The translations under genes and the position numbers were made by a program. The notes beneath the pieces are model-generated. The model worked only from the letters and a program-made list of their open reading frames with translations. It ran no database searches and was not told the origin of the DNA. Shown here piece after piece: positions 34,244-40,733 of a stretch of DNA of 40,733 nucleotides (within the stretch, counting starts at the first letter, position 1; each line of letters opens with the position of its first letter). Origin of the DNA: Fidelibacterota bacterium (lineage in GTDB: Bacteria > Fidelibacterota > Marinisomatia > SCGC-AAA003-L08 > TS1B11); assembly GCA_020355065.1 (NCBI GenBank), contig CP070656.1, forward strand, positions 2,501,703 to 2,542,435, read 5' to 3'.

Positions 34244-36061
34244 CTAAGCGACATATTCTACGGTGTTATAACCGTAGTCCTTGACGCTCTCTGTTTCCAT
34301 ATCAGCGACACTATCTTCGATGGTCGCTGAACTGATGGCTGGGTTTCTACCGGCAGTTCCCTGATCCGGGAATCCATGTTCCTGACCGGTATCGCCTACC
34401 TCAACGTTCACATCCGAGAAGTCGAGTCCTTGATGGGTCCATTCCTGCTCGAGGTTCGAAAGCGCTCTCTGAAGCATTTGACGCACTTCAGTCGATTCCA
34501 CCACGATATGCAGCATGGTCCCCACTTCACTCTCACTGAATGCAAGTCGAACTTGGCCTAATTGGCCGCTATCGAACGTAAACACACTCTGAGGTTGTTC
34601 ACTCTTGACAAACCGGCTGTACTGTAGGACCGTCATCCGAGCAAGAGATGCCAGGCTGACAGCCGCTTCCATCGGTACCGGTTGCGGTGTAGGCATGCTA
34701 TGGGTCATGGGAACGAACTCTTCGTTCCCGGTAGGTTTACTGCTTGGCTGAATCCCAACCTGAACGAGCTTAACAAAACCGCGGCTTGGCCCGGCACCCT
34801 CAGGTGCGGGCCGCCGCAATCCGTCCTGGTTGGTAAGGCTATGTGCAGGACGAACCTTATGTCCTTCAACGTTCCTCTTATGGATTGGCGAGGATATGCG
34901 GGTGCCATTGTTCCGTACAACGACTTCGTCGGGCTTGACTGGACGCGCCGGTCTCGCCTTCGTCTTCAAGGCGCGGCCTGAAGTCGATGCCGGTGCTGCA
35001 CCTGCACCCCGATTATCCGTTAAAGGAAGGTTCGATCCTTGCCTCCCCTGGTTCACGACCCGTCCTTTACCTGCACGGCCACCCGAAACACGCTGCCCCA
35101 ACTCCACCATCTCTGGTATGAACTGGGATTCCTGTGTCCGAGGTTGTTTGGCCTCCATCGGCGAAGTCACTCCATTCATCAAGCCTTTTGCTCCTGTGAG
35201 TCTCTGGCTTGATTCGGATTGACCTGCCCTTGGTCTGGACTGCCCAGGTCTTTTCGCTCCCCTGAGGGGAACCTCCGACTTGGACTCACCATTACCGTAC
35301 AGGGTTCGGACTTGCGGTCTACCATCAGGGCGAACTAAGCGAGAATCTTGAGCACCGAGACCTAACCTCGGGGACGTTCCAGGCCTCTTCACTTTTGGCC
35401 TGGCCCCTTCAGGTCTGATCCCTGGGGCTCTAGCTCCTTTAGTATCAGATGCTTGATTCTTCACCAAGACAACTGTCTCCACCCTGGAAGGCTTCGCAGG
35501 TCTGCCCTTGTCTGACGCCTCTACTACCCGGGGTGGTTTACCCCGCGCGCTTAAAGGCGTTCCCTTGCCGGACTCAGATCCGGCCGGGGATACCAGTATT
35601 CGCCCCTGGTTGTTCCCAGAAGCTGGCAAACCGGTACTGGAACCAGGTTGATTGGAAGCATCCTTGGGAGCAACACCCGGACGCTTACCTTCCACCCGCA
35701 ACGGGGCTTCCGATGGCGCTCGTGCTGCCTCACCAAACTGTAGAACAGAGGCTTTCGTTGAGCCCGTCTCCTGCTGTCTGAGGACCTCCCCTGAAGAACG
35801 TAATCTAGAACGCCCTTTCAAGGATTCAAGTCCTGCAGTCGCAGGCTTGTGAGCTTGTTTTGCGCCCAGCCCAGACCGGTTTCCCCGAATCGATTGAAGC
35901 ATGGCTCCAAACCCCGGCATCTCTTTCGCTGTGCCGGGGAGGATGGCGAATAGGGCTCCCAGCAGAGACGCCGCATCGGTGCCTTTGCTTTTTCCCTTTC
36001 CCTTCATGCCAATCAGTGCGGGGTGGTCGGCCTGCAAGACCTGGGCTCCACCACTGTTCAT
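34244..36061 (-). CDS. fliK: Hook-length control protein FliK (very basic, low-complexity ruler region)
   Basis: The C-terminal Flg_hook-type domain is ..FDSGQLGQVRLAFSESEVGTMLHIVVESTEVRQMLQRALSNLEQEWTHQGL.. It sits between the ylxF-like gene and flgD. The N-terminal ~450 aa is rich in R/K/G/P/S. Confidence 0.8.
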   Translation of the reverse strand: MNSGGAQVLQADHPALIGMKGKGKSKGTDAASLLGALFAILPGTAKEMPGFGAMLQSIRGNRSGLGAKQAHKPATAGLESLKGRSRLRSSGEVLRQQETGSTKASVLQFGEAARAPSEAPLRVEGKRPGVAPKDASNQPGSSTGLPASGNNQGRILVSPAGSESGKGTPLSARGKPPRVVEASDKGRPAKPSRVETVVLVKNQASDTKGARAPGIRPEGARPKVKRPGTSPRLGLGAQDSRLVRPDGRPQVRTLYGNGESKSEVPLRGAKRPGQSRPRAGQSESSQRLTGAKGLMNGVTSPMEAKQPRTQESQFIPEMVELGQRVSGGRAGKGRVVNQGRQGSNLPLTDNRGAGAAPASTSGRALKTKARPARPVKPDEVVVRNNGTRISSPIHKRNVEGHKVRPAHSLTNQDGLRRPAPEGAGPSRGFVKLVQVGIQPSSKPTGNEEFVPMTHSMPTPQPVPMEAAVSLASLARMTVLQYSRFVKSEQPQSVFTFDSGQLGQVRLAFSESEVGTMLHIVVESTEVRQMLQRALSNLEQEWTHQGLDFSDVNVEVGDTGQEHGFPDQGTAGRNPAISSATIEDSVADMETESVKDYGYNTVEYVA

Positions 36062-36063
36062 GA

Positions 36064-36603
36064 TCAGCTTCCCTCTTTTTTGACGAGCCTGCTGGTCAGC
36101 GCCGCGGCGCGATCGTCGCCAAGGGCTGATAACAGGAACTTCCGTCGTTTATTGGCGGTATGCTTGTAGATATCCAGAACTACCTGATCGCTGAGCTTCT
36201 CAACGATCGGAGTTAGTTCCGCCACCGTCATCGTGGCGAACGTTCTGGCCATATCCTGAGCATTGACTTCCACCTGACGCAGAGTCATGATCTCCGCGTC
36301 CTTCGTTTGCAGGCGATTCTCCAGCGCGGTGAGATTTGCATCCTTGTAAACCAACTCCTGTTCCAAGCTGTCGATCACGACAGTATTGTGTGACAGAAGA
36401 ACTTGGAGACTGTCTACATCAGCTAACAAGGAGTCCCGTTTCTGGACAAGAGCCCGCAATTCTTCATTCGAGATAAATCCTTCACCTTCCGCCTGCATAT
36501 CCTCGTCACCCGGCGGCAGGAAGAAGAAAATGATAAAGAACACCCCTACCAGCAGTAAAAAAAATACCAGCGCGCCACCAAGGATCAAGAGTATCTTTTT
36601 CAT
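36064..36603 (-). CDS. YlxF/MotE-family flagellar protein (N-terminal TM, coiled coil, MgtE_N-like C-terminus)
   Basis: MKKILLILGGALVFFLLLVGVFFIIFFF..; the C-terminus FATMTVAELTPIVEKLSDQVVLDIYKHTANKRRKFLLSALGDDRAAALTSRL resembles the MotE/MgtE_N pattern. It occupies the slot after fliJ, as in the Bacillus and Borrelia operons. Confidence 0.6.
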   Translation of the reverse strand: MKKILLILGGALVFFLLLVGVFFIIFFFLPPGDEDMQAEGEGFISNEELRALVQKRDSLLADVDSLQVLLSHNTVVIDSLEQELVYKDANLTALENRLQTKDAEIMTLRQVEVNAQDMARTFATMTVAELTPIVEKLSDQVVLDIYKHTANKRRKFLLSALGDDRAAALTSRLVKKEGS

Positions 36604-37070
36604 TGTCCCTCGGAGCCTCCAGTTCGTGAACGCTGACGCCCGGCAATTTCATCGAGGTGCTTCTGCTCCTCACGCTCCGTTTCACGGAGGGCCTCTAAAT
36701 TCTGATGCTCTTTCAGTTTCTCCAGAGATTTCTTCTCTTTCGCAGATTTCTCCACACCCTTCCGCTTCTTCCGTACTTCCTCTTCGGCTACCCGCACTTC
36801 ATGAACCTGGCGCCTGAGATCCTCATTCAGCTGCTCGGTATACCAGGTCTGAACCTGCAGCTCCCGACTTGAGAGCCCGTTGTCTTGATCATCCGAAGAG
36901 AACCCCGAATCACTTTGCAGATGGGCCTGCTTCTCACCCTGGATCTCTTGTAATCGAGCAGATTTGGAGCGTTGCTGATCTTCTGACTTTCGTAAGGCCA
37001 TGGATTTCAGATTTAAAATCAGCGCCTTTACGTCCAGCAGGCGATGGTGCTGAAAACCCTTTTTAGCCAC
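36600..37070 (-). CDS. fliJ: Flagellar export chaperone/stalk protein FliJ
   Basis: A coiled-coil protein of about 156 aa directly after fliI. I chose GTG 37070 as the start (SD GGAGGGGG 5 nt upstream; 8-nt overlap with the fliI stop). The track's longer ORF overlaps fliI by 83 nt. Confidence 0.75.
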   Translation of the reverse strand: MAKKGFQHHRLLDVKALILNLKSMALRKSEDQQRSKSARLQEIQGEKQAHLQSDSGFSSDDQDNGLSSRELQVQTWYTEQLNEDLRRQVHEVRVAEEEVRKKRKGVEKSAKEKKSLEKLKEHQNLEALRETEREEQKHLDEIAGRQRSRTGGSEGQ

Positions 37071-38409
37071 CTGCCCCCTCCATCTCAGCACATAGCTTGA
37101 CAAGGTCCGCCTTGGCGGACTCAAAATCGGCCTTCGTATCCCCACCCTGGATCAGGTAGCGGTTCACTTTTTCAATATTGGCGATGGCATAATCGATTCG
37201 TGGATTGCTGCCCGGACTATAAGCCCCGATGTTGATGAGATCTTCGGAATCATGATACACGGAGAGCAGTTCGATCACCTGTTGCACGAGCTTGATCTGA
37301 TCCTCTTCGGTTACTTCCCGGCGCAGACGGCTAACGCTCTGCAACACATCTACCGCCGGGTACTGGCCGCGGTTGGCTAGGTCACGAGAAAGTACAATGT
37401 GACCGTCAAGTACCGAGCGAGCAGCATCCGCAATGGGATCCGTCAGATCATCGCTCTCAACCAGTACGGAATAGAGTCCGGTGATACTGGAATGGGGATT
37501 GGTACCAGCCCGCTCCAGCAGACGCGGCAGCAGTGCGAATACCGAGGGCGTATATCCTTTGGTCGTCGGTGGTTCCCCTACCGCGAGGCCAATTTCCCGC
37601 TGGGCCATGGCCACACGCGTAAGTGAGTCCATGAGCAACATGACTTCCTGTTCCCGGTCTCGAAAATACTCGGCGATGGCCGTTGTCGCCATGGCCGCTT
37701 TAACCCGGATCTGCGCTGCTTGATCGGACGTGGCAACCACCACTACGGAGTGCTTCAAGGCTTCCTGACCTAGGTCACGTTCAATGAACTCTCGAACTTC
37801 GCGTCCCCGCTCACCGATCAGACCGATAATGTTCACGTCCGCGCTTGTGTGCCGGGCAATCATGCCCAGCAGAACGCTCTTCCCCACACCACTGCCGGAA
37901 AAGATACCAATGCGCTGGCCACGCCCAATGGTCAACAGGCCGTCAATCGAACGGATGCCGGTGGAAAATGGCTCCACAATGATCTTCCGGCTCATGGGTT
38001 CGGGCGGCTGATTATAGACCGATTGATACTGTTCAGCCTGGATAGGGCCCTTACCGTCGATGGGACGGCCCATGCCATCTACGACGCGACCAAGCAGCTG
38101 GGGCCCGACCGGGATCGTCAAAGCCTCCGGACTGAGTGTGACCTTACTCCCTACGGCTACACCAACAGTGGCATCCAAGGGCATGAGCAGCATTTTACCA
38201 TCTCTAAAACCCATCACCTCCGCTCTGATCGGTTCACTACCCTCAACATCGATTGTACAAAGATCACCCACTGAACCGTCAGGGCATGTTGCTTCCACCA
38301 CCAACCCCACCACTTCCGTAACCCGGCCATCTATGCGGTAGGGTTCCAGCATTTCCAGCTGATTAATCCGCTGATCGAATCCGGTAATAAGGGACTCTGA
38401 AGACGTCAT
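37063..38409 (-). CDS. fliI: Flagellum-specific ATPase FliI
   Basis: Walker A GSGVGKSVLLGMI, Walker B EVMLLMDSLTRVAMAQREI, and F1/T3SS-ATPase architecture. Length is 448 aa. Confidence 0.96.
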   Translation of the reverse strand: MTSSESLITGFDQRINQLEMLEPYRIDGRVTEVVGLVVEATCPDGSVGDLCTIDVEGSEPIRAEVMGFRDGKMLLMPLDATVGVAVGSKVTLSPEALTIPVGPQLLGRVVDGMGRPIDGKGPIQAEQYQSVYNQPPEPMSRKIIVEPFSTGIRSIDGLLTIGRGQRIGIFSGSGVGKSVLLGMIARHTSADVNIIGLIGERGREVREFIERDLGQEALKHSVVVVATSDQAAQIRVKAAMATTAIAEYFRDREQEVMLLMDSLTRVAMAQREIGLAVGEPPTTKGYTPSVFALLPRLLERAGTNPHSSITGLYSVLVESDDLTDPIADAARSVLDGHIVLSRDLANRGQYPAVDVLQSVSRLRREVTEEDQIKLVQQVIELLSVYHDSEDLINIGAYSPGSNPRIDYAIANIEKVNRYLIQGGDTKADFESAKADLVKLCAEMEGAGG

Positions 38410-39086
38410 TGCAGCTTGCTCTCCAGAATAGCCAGTTGGTTCTTATACCGTCCATCAATAATATGCTCGGGTGTTTCAACCAGACATTCTCCCGGAGAGA
38501 GATTGTCATCGGCGACAAAACGAATCCTGCCCGGATAGGATTGCTTCAACTTATCGGCTTGCTCAGCAGACTGAATGAAAGCCAGGCTCTTCGGCGGAAC
38601 GTGAATGACGACACCCCCCTCGTGAAGCACCTCTTTTAGAAATGACTGGATATTACCCAGCAGGGCTTCGTTACGCACGGATTCAGGCAGCGGAACAGAA
38701 AGTATCTTCTCAGAGATGTGGAAGCTCATGCGCAACAGGGGCTCCTCCATGCGTCCAAGGGCTTGGTCGAACTCCTGCTCCAGTTGTTCGGCCAACGCCT
38801 TGAAATGTTGCGCATGAGCTTCCAATTGCTGTTCGTGCTGCTTTCTCTCAGCTGCCAATCCATCCTGAAATCCAACGTGATACGACTGCTCCCGGGCCTC
38901 CTGTAACTCGCGCTCCAGGTGCTCAACACGGCTCTGAAGCATCACCAATTGGCCGCTATCCTCTTCTTTGACTTCCTGATCAACCTCGTTCTGCGATGAG
39001 ATAAGATCCTCTAACTCCCCTACCTCATCCGACTTAAATAAACGCGACAACGGGCGCGGTAATCTGATTACACTGGAGGTACTCAT
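38406..39086 (-). CDS. fliH: Flagellar assembly protein FliH
   Basis: 226 aa with a charged coiled-coil N-half and a FliH/YscL-type C-domain. It has ATGA overlaps with both fliG and fliI. Confidence 0.85.
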   Translation of the reverse strand: MSTSSVIRLPRPLSRLFKSDEVGELEDLISSQNEVDQEVKEEDSGQLVMLQSRVEHLERELQEAREQSYHVGFQDGLAAERKQHEQQLEAHAQHFKALAEQLEQEFDQALGRMEEPLLRMSFHISEKILSVPLPESVRNEALLGNIQSFLKEVLHEGGVVIHVPPKSLAFIQSAEQADKLKQSYPGRIRFVADDNLSPGECLVETPEHIIDGRYKNQLAILESKLQ

Positions 39087-40174
39087 TCAATGAGTTCCTC
39101 CGCCTCACCACTGACAATGGAGATCTCTCCCGCTTCGTCCAACCGCCGCACAACGTCCAGAATCTGACTCTGGGCTTCCTCCACTTCCGATACACGGACC
39201 GCCCCGAGGAATTCCAACTCATCCCTGAGCATGCCCCCCGCTCGCTCGGACATGTTGTCAAATACTTTCGCCTGTAACTCATCGCTGGTGGCTTTCAAGG
39301 CCATGGCGAGGGTCTTGGAGTCCACCTCCTTGACAATCTTTTGAATGCTCTCATCAGACAGGGTTACCAGGTCTTCGAATAAGAACAAGAGGTTGGTTAC
39401 TTCCATGGCGAGCTCAGGATCGCGTTCACGCAGGTGATCCAGGATGTTCTTTTCAGCCGAGCGGCTGGCGCTGTTAAGAATTTCTGCCACTGCGTAAGCG
39501 CCACCCGTGCTCCGCATTTCTGCACTGAGAACATCGCCCAACTGCTCCCGCAACACGTTCTCAATCTCCCGCACCATTTCAGGTGATGTCTTCTCCATGG
39601 TCGCCAATCGATAGGCGATTTCGGTCTGCAGTTCCTCCGAGAGCTGCGAGAGTACATTGGCGGCCTGTTTCGGTTTGAGGTTCGCCAGAATCAAGGCTGC
39701 CGTTTGGGGGTGCTCATCCTGCAAAAAACTGAGTAGCTGGGCATCATCCACCGTCTGCAGCAAATAAAAGGCACTAACCTCGGTCGCGGCCTCAATCCGC
39801 TTGAGAATCTCGTCCGCCTTGCGCATACCCCAGGCCTTCTCCAGAACCTGCTTGGCATAATCCAGACCCCCCTGCGAGACGTATTGCCGCGCCATCATCA
39901 TCTCATGGAAGTCGCCGATCACCTTCTGAACTTTATCAGACGAGACATCCTTCAGCTTCGCCAGTTCAATCGATAGACGCTCGACTTCTTCTTCAGGCAA
40001 ATGTTTCAAGACGGCTGCCGAGGTGGCTACCCCAAGGGCGATCAGCAATACGGCCGCCTTCTCCGAGGGATTCATCTCCTCGTTCTTGCGCCGGGTAGTA
40101 ATCGGTCCCCGACCCCGCCGACTGGGTTCTTCGATGACTTCTGTCGGTACGGTAAGATTGGCTTCTTCGGTCAT
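39083..40174 (-). CDS. fliG: Rotor/switch protein FliG
   Basis: ..SEKAAVLLIALG..EEVERLSIELAKL.. and the C-terminal torque helix region ..MSERAGGMLRDELEFLGAVRVSEVEEAQSQIL. The start is ATG 40174 (SD GGAGGAGGG), 1 nt after the fliF stop. Confidence 0.95.
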   Translation of the reverse strand: MTEEANLTVPTEVIEEPSRRGRGPITTRRKNEEMNPSEKAAVLLIALGVATSAAVLKHLPEEEVERLSIELAKLKDVSSDKVQKVIGDFHEMMMARQYVSQGGLDYAKQVLEKAWGMRKADEILKRIEAATEVSAFYLLQTVDDAQLLSFLQDEHPQTAALILANLKPKQAANVLSQLSEELQTEIAYRLATMEKTSPEMVREIENVLREQLGDVLSAEMRSTGGAYAVAEILNSASRSAEKNILDHLRERDPELAMEVTNLLFLFEDLVTLSDESIQKIVKEVDSKTLAMALKATSDELQAKVFDNMSERAGGMLRDELEFLGAVRVSEVEEAQSQILDVVRRLDEAGEISIVSGEAEELIE

Positions 40175-40175
40175 C

Positions 40176-40733
40176 CTAACCCTCCTCCGGGACGCCAGCA
40201 ACCCCGGACGTCCAGATACGGATGAGCTGTGCAGCACCCTCCGGATTCTCTTCTATAAACTTGGTAACTTCCTGAGTCATCTTGTCCTGAGCCTCCAGCT
40301 GGGCGCGGGCTTCCGGAGATAATTTCATCAGAAACTCATCGGTAACCATCTCCACTTCCCCACGAGCCTCCAGTGCGGCTGCAGCCCCTGGGATGGCTTC
40401 AATCTCTTCCGGACCACCAACCAGGGCACCCAGTTTCTTCGGTGGTAACGCAAAAGCCTCGGATATCGTATCCGTCGTGGACCGCAGCATTCTCAATAGC
40501 AGGAATAAGGAAACAATCAGAGCCAAACCGATCGCCCCGTTCGTGAGCACATTGTTCCACAGATCCCGGCGCTCCACCGATCGGATCGAGGCCAGCTCTG
40601 CTAATTCGTCTTCCCGGTCAAACTGCATATTCTCCACCGTGACCTCATCCCCACGCTCGGTGTCGATGCCTATCGCATTGGCCACCAGTGTTTGTAGCTG
40701 TTCGATCTCCTGAGGATCACGCGGAACGTATGT
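40176..40733 (-). CDS. fliF: MS-ring protein FliF, C-terminal part (5' end outside window)
   Basis: The frame is open from the window edge (TYVPRDPQEIEQLQTLVANAIGIDTERGDEVTVENMQFD..). It has the C-terminal TM segment GAIGLALIVSLFLLL and a cytoplasmic FliG-binding tail (..EGAAQLIRIW..). It lies directly upstream of fliG. Confidence 0.9.
   Translation of the reverse strand, partial: TYVPRDPQEIEQLQTLVANAIGIDTERGDEVTVENMQFDREDELAELASIRSVERRDLWNNVLTNGAIGLALIVSLFLLLRMLRSTTDTISEAFALPPKKLGALVGGPEEIEAIPGAAAALEARGEVEMVTDEFLMKLSPEARAQLEAQDKMTQEVTKFIEENPEGAAQLIRIWTSGVAGVPEEG

Noticed and set aside
36557-36564. A8/T8 homopolymer inside the ylxF-like gene (plus an A7 run at 16028-16034 in flgF)
   Set aside because: They simply encode Phe-Phe in hydrophobic segments. 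A/T runs of this length are weak slippage candidates, and these are core genes rather than contingency-type loci.
1-40733. Search for CRISPR arrays, tRNA/rRNA genes, IS or transposase genes, integrases and long direct or inverted repeats
   Set aside because: Reading both strands, I found no repeat-spacer periodicity, cloverleaf-like segments, transposase-like ORFs or terminal inverted repeats. Non-coding DNA totals well under 1 kb.

Overview
The whole 40.7 kb window is one co-directional, minus-strand flagellar super-cluster from a diderm bacterium. I count 45 CDSs and find no convincing plus-strand gene, tRNA/rRNA, CRISPR array or mobile element. In transcription order (high to low coordinates) it reads: fliF(partial)-fliG-fliH-fliI-fliJ-ylxF/motE-like-fliK-flgD-TIGR02530-like-flgE | motA-motB-fliL-fliM-fliN/Y-fliO-fliP-fliQ-fliR-flhB-flhA-flhF-flhG-[2-TM micro-ORF]-fliA-[95-aa hyper-charged ORF]-[2-TM periplasmic-domain ORF]-[GAF+DHp protein without ATPase domain] | flgF-flgG-flgA-flgH-flgI-flgJ(rod-binding only)-flgN-flgK-flgL-fliW-csrA | SAM-methyltransferase, CE4-GT2-TPR, GT-B-GT2-TPR, cNMP-binding protein, pseudo-GT2-TPR, GT2-TPR(partial). 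Most junctions overlap (ATGA/TAATG) or are under 25 nt. The main things worth a second look are: (i) four unassignable genes around fliA, with no flgM in either usual position; (ii) two sigma-54-type -24/-12 motifs, one a perfect consensus at the fliO/fliP junction and one in the largest non-coding gap upstream of flgF; (iii) a multi-domain TPR-glycosyltransferase island downstream of fliW-csrA, where a flagellin gene would be expected, including a catalytically degenerate paralog with a G8 tract and an embedded cNMP-binding protein; (iv) compositional oddities in FliK (hyper-basic), FliN/Y (long acidic linker) and FlgH (no lipobox). All product calls come from reading motifs and gene order by eye. 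No database search was possible, and several start codons were re-chosen relative to the longest-ORF track.
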